Below are positions 1 through 6,679 of a stretch of 17,621 bases of DNA, one piece after another. Position 1 is the first letter of the stretch. The number at the start of each line of letters is the position of its first letter. A model generated the notes under the pieces. That model had not been told where the DNA came from and searched no databases. It worked only from the letters and a program-made list of their open reading frames with translations. Origin of the DNA: Armatimonadota bacterium (GTDB lineage: Bacteria > Armatimonadota > UBA5829 > DTLH01). Position numbers and translations under genes: made by a program. The stretch is from positions 1 through 17,621 of the forward strand of contig JBDKSP010000090.1 of the NCBI GenBank assembly GCA_039680575.1, read 5' to 3'.

Positions 1-1
1 A

Positions 2-151
2 TATAAACAGTTCTCTGATATAGCTTTATCTGTTGATTTTACACTTACACCTGAAACTCTTCCGGAAGATTTTCGGCAACAGCCAATATATGATTGGCCG
101 TTAATTAATCAGCTGAAAATCTATAGGGAACAGAAAGTAAACTATGTCTGA
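2..151 (+). CDS. 3' end of an upstream hypothetical protein (partial, runs off the window)
   Basis: Frame is open from base 2 (YKQFSDIALSVDFTLTPETLPEDFRQQPIYDWPLINQLKIYREQKVNYV*). Its TGA (149-151) overlaps the mazG start (ATGTCTGA), as in coupled genes. Not in the ORF track because its start lies outside the window. Confidence 0.55.
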   Translation, partial: YKQFSDIALSVDFTLTPETLPEDFRQQPIYDWPLINQLKIYREQKVNYV

Positions 152-929
152 TCGGATTGCAGAAGAATTCAGAAAACTTGTGGATGTTGTAGCAGCCTTG
201 AGAGGACCTTCTGGCTGCCCCTGGGATAAACAGCAGGATCATAAAAGCCTCCGAAAATACCTCATCGAAGAATCCTATGAAGTTATCGACGCAATCGATA
301 AAGACTCACCTGCAAAAATCGAAGAAGAACTCGGAGATGTATTGCTTCAGGTGCTCCTCCATTCGCAGATTGCTTCGGAACGCGGTGAATATGACGCAGC
401 GGATGTCTGCGAGCAGATCAGAAAGAAGCTGATACGGCGTCACCCTCATGTTTTCGGTGAGGTCGAGGTCGCAGGCGTCGATGATGTGCTCCACAACTGG
501 GAAGAGATCAAATCCAGGGAACCCGGCAGAGAGGAAATCACTTCTGCTATAGGCGGGGTCCCCGAAAGCTTGCCCGCGCTTATGAGAGCGGCGGAAATAT
601 CCAAGCGTGCCGCCAGAACAGGCTTCGAATGGCCGAATATGGAAGGTGTGCTGGACAAGCTCCATGAGGAAACCGAGGAACTTAAAGAAGCAATCGCTTC
701 AGATGACAAAGAGGAAGTCAAAAGTGAGATCGGGGACACACTCTTTACCATCGTGAACATCGCCAGATGGGCTAAAGTCGACCCGGAGGAATCGTTACGA
801 GAGATGCTTCAGAGATTCCAGACCAGGTTCTCAGCAATAGAGGACCACGCCCGCGCCGAAGGAAAGTCCATAGGCGATCTTACGATAAATGAGATGGACG
901 AGGTTTGGAATAGGGCGAAAGGAAGATAG
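144..929 (+). CDS. mazG: Nucleoside triphosphate pyrophosphohydrolase MazG (two MazG domains)
   Basis: LRGPSGCPWD, EESYEV, EELGDVLLQV, KLIRRHPHVF, LPALMRA, GFEW and second-domain EIGDTLF motifs. Confidence 0.95.
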   Translation: MSDRIAEEFRKLVDVVAALRGPSGCPWDKQQDHKSLRKYLIEESYEVIDAIDKDSPAKIEEELGDVLLQVLLHSQIASERGEYDAADVCEQIRKKLIRRHPHVFGEVEVAGVDDVLHNWEEIKSREPGREEITSAIGGVPESLPALMRAAEISKRAARTGFEWPNMEGVLDKLHEETEELKEAIASDDKEEVKSEIGDTLFTIVNIARWAKVDPEESLREMLQRFQTRFSAIEDHARAEGKSIGDLTINEMDEVWNRAKGR

Positions 930-959
930 CTGATAGCAATCAGCATTCAGCCGTCAGCT
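925..959. repeat. Five degenerate tandem heptamers
   Basis: GATAGCT GATAGCA ATCAGCA TTCAGCC GTCAGCT; contains the hairpin GCTGAT-agca-ATCAGC. Confidence 0.55.
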
Positions 960-1050
960 TCTGAACCGCGGAGACACGGAATAATCGGAAACGCGGAAGT
1001 CTCAACTGTATCGCCATTCCGCGCCCTACGCCCTGCCGCGATTCAAAAGC
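957..1050. repeat. 94-bp MITE/REP-like palindromic element
   Basis: Terminal inverted repeats GCTTCTGAACCGCGG (957-971) and CCGCGATTCAAAAGC (1036-1050) match at 13/15; inner inverted repeat CGCGGAA (992-998)/TTCCGCG (1017-1023). Confidence 0.55.
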
Positions 1051-1074
1051 CCTCACTTGTACTTACCCGCACTC

Positions 1075-1083
1075 TGGTACAAT
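1075..1083 (+). promoter_or_regulatory. Extended -10 promoter of the hydrolase gene
   Basis: TGgTACAAT, 5 nt before the ATG at 1089. Confidence 0.55.
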
Positions 1084-1088
1084 ACTCA

Positions 1089-1832
1089 ATGGAGCGGAAA
1101 AAGAGAATGCAGAGCTCAATTTGGAACGAATACGAACGCTTGGATTTTGAAGTAGAGAACCGTCCATCCCTGCTGGTCCTGCCGAAGACTGCGGCGTCCG
1201 GCAACCCGTGGATATGGCGAACGGAGTTTTTCGACGCATGGCCGGCGGTGGATATCGCCTTGCTGGATAGAGGCTTCCACGTGGCCTACATGAATATGAA
1301 GAATCAATACGGCGGTCCCCTGGCGATGAAGCACATGGACGCCTTCTATGCCTATCTCACCAGGGAACGCGGTCTCTCGCCGAAACCGGTGCTGGAAGGG
1401 TTCAGTCGGGGTGGCCTGTTTGCATACAACTGGGCAGCGCGCAATACTGGCAAAGTCGCCTGCATCTACGCCGACGCCCCCGTCTGCGACTTCAAGAGCT
1501 GGCCTGGCGGCAAGGGCGTCGGCGACGGTTCACCCGAAGACTGGGAGCGCTGCAAGGCCGTGTATTGCCTCACCGAGCAGGAAGCCCTGGATTATAAGCT
1601 CAATCCGATAGACATCCTTGAGCCTCTCGCCAAAGCCAACATCCCCCTGATCCACGTCTGCGGTGATGCGGACGCGGTAGTGCCGATGGAAGAGAACACA
1701 ATGGTTGTCGAGGATCGCTACAAGAAACTGGGCGGAACAATCGAGGTCATCACCAAACCAGGTTGCGGCCACCATCCGCACAGCTTGGAAGACCCGACAC
1801 CGGTCGTGGATTTCATGCTGAAGCACGTGTAG
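1089..1832 (+). CDS. Alpha/beta-hydrolase (esterase/peptidase S9-like); alternative start at 1107
   Basis: Nucleophile elbow GFSRGG, acid residue in HVCGDADAVVP, catalytic His in GHHPH. Confidence 0.85.
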   Translation: MERKKRMQSSIWNEYERLDFEVENRPSLLVLPKTAASGNPWIWRTEFFDAWPAVDIALLDRGFHVAYMNMKNQYGGPLAMKHMDAFYAYLTRERGLSPKPVLEGFSRGGLFAYNWAARNTGKVACIYADAPVCDFKSWPGGKGVGDGSPEDWERCKAVYCLTEQEALDYKLNPIDILEPLAKANIPLIHVCGDADAVVPMEENTMVVEDRYKKLGGTIEVITKPGCGHHPHSLEDPTPVVDFMLKHV

Positions 1833-1845
1833 CACACTGTCGATT

Positions 1846-1886
1846 CCCCCTCTCCCCAATGCGGGAGAGGGTCGGGGTAAGGGGGG
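1846..1886. repeat. REP-like GC-rich palindrome between convergent genes, possibly also a terminator
   Basis: CCCTCTCCC-caatgc-GGGAGAGGG (1848-1871) followed by tcggggtaagggggg; the common intergenic 'ccctctccc...gggagaggg' repeat type. Confidence 0.7.
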
Positions 1887-1901
1887 AGTCACGATCGATT
1901 A

Positions 1902-2621
1902 TCAAAGATTCATCAATACCGCGCTGATCTTCCCCGGAGCATCTATCTCGACTTTTCCGACGTAGTGAGCGAACCACCCCGCCTGCACAATCGCCGTTTT
2001 GCCCACCCATTCCGGCGATTCCAGCACGGTATGCGTGTGTCCGCCGACTATTAAGTCGATTTCCGGCACTGTTGCAGCCAGTTCTTTATCCTTCTTTAGC
2101 CCGATATGAGTCAACGCGATGAGTATATCTGCCCGTTCCCTCAATCCAGGGACTAATGCCGTCGCTGTTTTGATAGGATCATCGAAAACGCAGCAGGAAA
2201 CTTTTCTTGAAAGCATACGCTCTGTAATCATCGGCACGGTAAGCCCGAAGACAACTACCTTTATGCCGCCGATGTCGAAAGTCACGTCGCTTTTTACGGG
2301 GAGACCGGTATGGTTGGTGGAACGGATGTTGGCCGAGAGCACAGGAAACTCCGCCCAGCCGATCTTTTTTCTTAAGCCTGTCGCAAGAAAATGGAATTCC
2401 CTGTTGCCGAGCGCCATAGCGTCGTAACCGGCATCGTTCATCAGCTTCAGGACAGGTTCACCATCCGGGCGAAAGTAGATATTTCCCGCCCATATAGCGT
2501 CGCCACAGTCGAGAAGCAGGCTGTTCGGGACTGAATCCTTCATTTCTTTCAGTCTGGCAGCCTGCTCCTGAGTAAGCCGGTTATGGAAATCATTCGTATG
2601 AAAGACCGTTATCTTCTGCAC
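1902..2621 (-). CDS. Calcineurin-like metallophosphoesterase, 5'-nucleotidase/UshA N-terminal domain only, with a GNRE variant motif
   Basis: HTNDFH, LDCGD, ALGNREF, LTHIG, VGGHTH and AG...VG motifs; no signal peptide; no C-terminal 5'-nucleotidase domain; starts 3 nt after the kdsC stop. Confidence 0.85.
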   Translation of the reverse strand: MQKITVFHTNDFHNRLTQEQAARLKEMKDSVPNSLLLDCGDAIWAGNIYFRPDGEPVLKLMNDAGYDAMALGNREFHFLATGLRKKIGWAEFPVLSANIRSTNHTGLPVKSDVTFDIGGIKVVVFGLTVPMITERMLSRKVSCCVFDDPIKTATALVPGLRERADILIALTHIGLKKDKELAATVPEIDLIVGGHTHTVLESPEWVGKTAIVQAGWFAHYVGKVEIDAPGKISAVLMNL

Positions 2622-2624
2622 CGC

Positions 2625-3185
2625 TTAAGTGACCACTCCGGGAGCTTCGCCTCTTTCCTGCTCGGCTCGGAGAAGCTCAAGGAACCCCCGGACGCCGTCA
2701 TCCCATTTTCCCTGCTGTTTCAGGATCATTTCAATGGCCTCACGGACAGCGCCATGCCCGCCGGACTTCTCCGTTATAAAATCAGCCGAAGTCTTCACCT
2801 CTGATGCAGCATTCGCCACAGCAAACGCCGCCCCTGCCTCCTCTATTGCAGGAAGATCGTTCAGATCGTCGCCGATGTAGGCTACCTCATCGAGTGATAG
2901 CCCCTTTCGCTCGGTAATCTCTTTCAATGCAGCCGATTTATACCGCTGCCCCTGGTGGAGTTCGGTCACCATAAGCGATTTCGCGCGCTCCGTGACCGGC
3001 GCAGAGACGTTTCCGGTGATCCAGGCTATCTCGAGTCCGGCAGCTATCGCCAGACGAATACCAAGACCGTCCATCACGTTGAAGAGCTTCATCTCTCCTT
3101 CCGAGCCGTAAACCATAGACCCGTCAGTCAATACGCCGTCGACATCCATTGCGAGCAGCTTTATCCGGTTAAGTTTTTCAAACAT
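2625..3185 (-). CDS. kdsC: KDO-8-phosphate phosphatase (HAD, YrbI family)
   Basis: IKLLAMDVDGVLTDG, FNVMDGLGI, AYIGDDLNDL, GGHGAVRE; adjacent to kdsD. Confidence 0.93.
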   Translation of the reverse strand: MFEKLNRIKLLAMDVDGVLTDGSMVYGSEGEMKLFNVMDGLGIRLAIAAGLEIAWITGNVSAPVTERAKSLMVTELHQGQRYKSAALKEITERKGLSLDEVAYIGDDLNDLPAIEEAGAAFAVANAASEVKTSADFITEKSGGHGAVREAIEMILKQQGKWDDGVRGFLELLRAEQERGEAPGVVT

Positions 3186-3189
3186 CGTT

Positions 3190-4185
3190 TTAGAGTATTC
3201 CCGCCTGCAGCAGGTCTTTCAGCATAAGTATGCCTACGGGCTTGCCGGACTCGTCCAGTACCGGAATCTCGCCGATCTGCTTCTCACGGCTGTCCATCAG
3301 TTTCAGCCCTTCGGCTGCCAGCTTGTCCGGGTGGATGGTAGTAGGCGCGCTATTCATGGTACCGAAAACTTTTTGGTGAAGCGCAGCCTCGTCTTTCAAG
3401 AGCGCGCGCCTTATGTCGCCGTCCGTAACGAACCCGCTCAATTTTCCGTTAGCATCCTCAACACAGGCTGCGCCTGCGTGAGCTTTGGTGATGCTGAACA
3501 ACACGTCCCTGAGCAGCATATCCTCCGGTACGACTGCCACAGCGTCCCCTACCCTCATAACATCCGATACCCTGAGAAGAAGCCTTCTTCCGAGTGCTCC
3601 GGCGGGGTGTATCCGTGCAAAGTCATCTTTCGTAAACTTCCTGACCATCATAACCGAGAGCGCGAGCGCGTCTCCGAGCGCAAGCTGTGCTGTCGTGCTG
3701 GCTGTCGGAGCAAGATTATATACACAGGCCTCCCTCTCGACTGTGACATCGAGGATCGCCTGCGAGTATCTTGCTAGTGTAGATTCGGTATTTCCGACTA
3801 TAGCTATGATTTTGGAGCCAATTCGAGCAACTACAGGCAGTATACTGACCAACTCGTCGGATTCGCCGCTATGAGAGAGCGCAAGGAGCACATCATCCCC
3901 GGTCAAGACTCCGAGATCGCCGTGTACACCTTCCGCAGGGTGTAAAAATAGCGCCGGTGTGCCGGTGCTTGAGAAAGTTCCAGCCAGCTTGTGGCCTATT
4001 GCGCCGGATTTGCCCATACCCGTGATTACAAGCCGCCCTTTGCAGTTCGCAATCAATTCTACGGCATGGATGAAGTCGTCTCCCAGCCGACTCACCAATC
4101 CAGCGACCGCTGCCGACTCGATCTCAAGAACTTCACGAGCCCGTGTTATTACGCTTGCTTTATCTATATCTGTAAAATCTTTCAT
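3190..4185 (-). CDS. kdsD: Arabinose-5-phosphate isomerase (KpsF/GutQ family, SIS + CBS domains)
   Basis: GMGKSG, SSTGTPALFLHPAEGVHGDLG, LAPTASTT, GDALA, HPAGALG; C-terminal CBS pair (TDGDIRR). Confidence 0.95.
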   Translation of the reverse strand: MKDFTDIDKASVITRAREVLEIESAAVAGLVSRLGDDFIHAVELIANCKGRLVITGMGKSGAIGHKLAGTFSSTGTPALFLHPAEGVHGDLGVLTGDDVLLALSHSGESDELVSILPVVARIGSKIIAIVGNTESTLARYSQAILDVTVEREACVYNLAPTASTTAQLALGDALALSVMMVRKFTKDDFARIHPAGALGRRLLLRVSDVMRVGDAVAVVPEDMLLRDVLFSITKAHAGAACVEDANGKLSGFVTDGDIRRALLKDEAALHQKVFGTMNSAPTTIHPDKLAAEGLKLMDSREKQIGEIPVLDESGKPVGILMLKDLLQAGIL

Positions 4186-4193
4186 CCTGAAGC

Positions 4194-4202
4194 ATTATAG
4201 CA
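4194..4202 (-). promoter_or_regulatory. Extended -10 promoter of kdsD
   Basis: Minus strand TGcTATAAT, 8 nt before the ATG. Confidence 0.65.
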
Positions 4203-4268
4203 GAGCTTCGGCATAAGAAAAAGCCCGAAAAATTAAAATATTAAAATCAAAATAATCTCAATGCAGAC

Positions 4269-4297
4269 TTGCCATAGGTTGCTATAGGTTGTATAAT
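4269..4297 (+). promoter_or_regulatory. Sigma70-type promoter of the GAF-PP2C gene
   Basis: TTGCCA-17 nt-TATAAT with an A-rich UP-like tract upstream. Confidence 0.75.
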
Positions 4298-4335
4298 CAA
4301 CCCGATGTTATAGAAATGTCCAGTGATTATCATAT

Positions 4336-5637
4336 ATGCCAAATACTCGGAGATTGAGTCATAAATACTTGCGGAGGTACCATGCGAATATGCCCCTAGA
4401 CCGGCATGACAAGAGGCCTTCCGTCACAGGAAGACTTGCGGATGTAGCCCAGGAGCTGGCATTGGATGTCGAATGGGAAACCAGGCTGCAAAATGTTCTG
4501 TCGATGCTCCGCGAGATACTTTCCTCTGATCTCGCTGCTCTGGCCGTATTTATGGACGAGTGGAAGACCGTTATCTCTCCCCAATCCTTCGAAGATTCCG
4601 ACCTTCCGCGAAATCTCATAACCCATCATGCTGCTTTGGCCAACATCCCCTATCCGCCAAACCCTATCGCTTCGATTGCTGAGAATAAACCATGTCCATC
4701 CGGTTCCCTGACTATACCAATCCTCGGAGATGACAGATTTTTGGGCGTACTGCACATCGGAAACAAAAACGGAAGCACGTTTTCGCAGGATAATGTCAAT
4801 GTGCTTGCAATAGCCGCATCACTGATCGGCCTTTTCCTTCGAAACGTTATCGCGCAATCGAGCAAAATATACGTCCGGCAAGAGGTGGAAGCTCTGGAGA
4901 CCGCGTATGAAAGGGAACACCTGATAGCCGACACTTTCCAGCGGGCACTGATAACCGATGTCGCCCGTGACCTGCCCGGCCTGTCGATAGACGGTAAATA
5001 CCTGCCTGCGCTGAAAGAGGCTGAGATCGGCGGAGATTTCTACGATGTGTTCGACCTTGCCGACGGCAAGCTGGCTATAGTTGTGGGCGATGTATCGGGA
5101 AAAGGCCTCCGTGCGGCAGTCCATATGTCCACCGCAAAGAATATGCTCCGCGCTTATGCGCATGAAGACCCCGATCCATGCTACGTAATCGAGCGGCTCA
5201 ACCAGGCAATGTGCACATATACACCCGAAAACCTGTTTGTAACGATATTTTACGGCGTCCTGGACCCCGTAAAACGCACTTTAGTCTATAGCAATGCCGG
5301 ACATGATGAGCCGGTTCTCTACCGATACAGCTCAAATAGTGTTATCACCCTGGATGTTACAGGCCGCGCTGTTGGTATAATCCGCCAGAGCGGCTATGAC
5401 ACGAGGTTCTTGAGGCTTGAGCCGGGAGACGTACTGCTCATTTACACCGACGGGATCACCGACGCCAGGAATAATGGCCATTTTTTCGGGATCGAAGGTG
5501 TCTCCAGAGTCCTCATCAAAAACGCCGGTAAAAAGGAGCGAGCCATAGCCGACGCCGTATTCGAGGCCGCATCGGCAGCGGCAGCGGGCGATCTACGTGA
5601 CGACGCTGCCGTGCTTTTGATAAAAACAAAGCTTTAG
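4336..5637 (+). CDS. GAF domain + SpoIIE/RsbU-type PP2C serine phosphatase (start may be 4390)
   Basis: GAF signature LTIPIL...FLGVLHI...F; PP2C motifs GGDFYD, GDVSGKG, FVTIFYG, NAGH, YTDGITD, DDAAV. Confidence 0.9.
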   Translation: MPNTRRLSHKYLRRYHANMPLDRHDKRPSVTGRLADVAQELALDVEWETRLQNVLSMLREILSSDLAALAVFMDEWKTVISPQSFEDSDLPRNLITHHAALANIPYPPNPIASIAENKPCPSGSLTIPILGDDRFLGVLHIGNKNGSTFSQDNVNVLAIAASLIGLFLRNVIAQSSKIYVRQEVEALETAYEREHLIADTFQRALITDVARDLPGLSIDGKYLPALKEAEIGGDFYDVFDLADGKLAIVVGDVSGKGLRAAVHMSTAKNMLRAYAHEDPDPCYVIERLNQAMCTYTPENLFVTIFYGVLDPVKRTLVYSNAGHDEPVLYRYSSNSVITLDVTGRAVGIIRQSGYDTRFLRLEPGDVLLIYTDGITDARNNGHFFGIEGVSRVLIKNAGKKERAIADAVFEAASAAAAGDLRDDAAVLLIKTKL

Positions 5638-6332
5638 CCCCACACCTTCACCGGTTTGAAACCCGTGTGATCGACCGATGCAAGGTGGTAACGGACGCCC
5701 CCGACATCGCCGCGTAGGTAAGAACCGGTACCCTTGTGGATATGCCCATAGACCAGGATGTCGACCCGGTATTCCTGCAGCAGAGAACTGAACTCGTTGG
5801 GTCTCAGTCCCAGGTCGAACGGCGGGTAATGAAGCATAGCTATCTTCGTCGAGACACCTTCAGGGATGGATTCCAACCCCCGGCGGAGGTATGTTAGTTC
5901 CCTGTCGAATATCTTTTTGTCGCCTTCCGCTGTGCCTTCCAGGTTGCAATCTTCAAGCCGCCATCCCCTGGTACCTGCTATCCCGACTCCGTCAGCGACA
6001 CAGCTTGATCCCTGAAGGAGGGTTATGCTCGGGTCGAGCATCCGTTGTATCTTGTTTGTGGCCTGCCTGCCCCACCAGTAGTCGTGATTGCCCCTGATAA
6101 GTATCTTTCTGCCCGGGCGGGCTGCCAGATACTCCAGGTCCGGCATCGCATCGGGCAATTTGAGCGCCCATGATGTGTCGCCTGCGACAAGGACCAGATC
6201 ATCATGGGTAACAACTTCATCCCAATTACTGGCAATTTTCACGGGATGGTCCTTCCAATGCGGCCCGAATATATCCATCGGTTTCGGATTGGCGAATGAC
6301 AAATGCAGGTCTGCTATTGCATATATTATCAT
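5634..6332 (-). CDS. Metallophosphoesterase, COG1768/DR1119-like
   Basis: IADLHL, AGDTSW, RGNHDYWW, GTRGW, HYPP, YGHIH; its stop codon overlaps the stop of the convergent PP2C gene. Confidence 0.88.
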   Translation of the reverse strand: MIIYAIADLHLSFANPKPMDIFGPHWKDHPVKIASNWDEVVTHDDLVLVAGDTSWALKLPDAMPDLEYLAARPGRKILIRGNHDYWWGRQATNKIQRMLDPSITLLQGSSCVADGVGIAGTRGWRLEDCNLEGTAEGDKKIFDRELTYLRRGLESIPEGVSTKIAMLHYPPFDLGLRPNEFSSLLQEYRVDILVYGHIHKGTGSYLRGDVGGVRYHLASVDHTGFKPVKVWG

Positions 6333-6338
6333 ATACTA

Positions 6339-6347
6339 ATGATAACA
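6339..6347 (-). promoter_or_regulatory. Extended -10 promoter of the COG1768-like gene
   Basis: Minus strand TGtTATCAT, 6 nt before the ATG; no Shine-Dalgarno. Confidence 0.6.
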
Positions 6348-6468
6348 CCCCTGAAATCACGACAGTTATTCACACTATCGCTTAATAGTTGCTAGTTATA
6401 ACTGTATATATCCTTGATCTATCGCGCATTCGTAACAATAACTTAAGCGCACGGACGGTATTTTGCCC

Positions 6469-6497
6469 TTGTATGTGCAACCGATCATACATATAAT
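6469..6497 (+). promoter_or_regulatory. Sigma70-type promoter with no annotated downstream gene
   Basis: TTGTAT-17 nt-TATAAT. Confidence 0.7.
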
Positions 6498-6502
6498 TAT
6501 AA

Positions 6503-6580
6503 ATGAGGCAGGGATCATTCTTTGAATGGTCTGAACCTCCAGGCCGGGAAGTAGGCCAGGCTTCCCGGCCTATTTATTTT
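6503..6580 (+). ncRNA. Putative small RNA (about 75 nt), family not recognised
   Basis: Lies between a near-consensus promoter and an intrinsic terminator in the same orientation; internal hairpin GATCATTC-TTT-GAATGGTC; both flanking genes are on the minus strand. Confidence 0.55.
6541..6580 (+). terminator. Rho-independent terminator
   Basis: 11-bp perfect stem AGGCCGGGAAG-9 nt-CTTCCCGGCCT followed by ATTTATTTT. Confidence 0.8.
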
Positions 6581-6679
6581 CCCCATCTCTTCTCTACTAC
6601 TACTATTGATATGAAATAGACGTGCTCATATGTTTGGTTGGCAGCGGCGGGACAGGGTCGAAGCCGGATAGTGGGTGGT

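Noticed and set aside
144..929. mazG as part of a toxin-antitoxin or anti-phage module
   Set aside because: Full-length two-domain housekeeping type with no mazEF or defence genes visible; the upstream gene is truncated, so this cannot be fully excluded.
6521..6531. TTTGAATGGTC resembles part of a type II-A CRISPR repeat
   Set aside because: Single short occurrence, no repeat-spacer array and no cas genes in the window.
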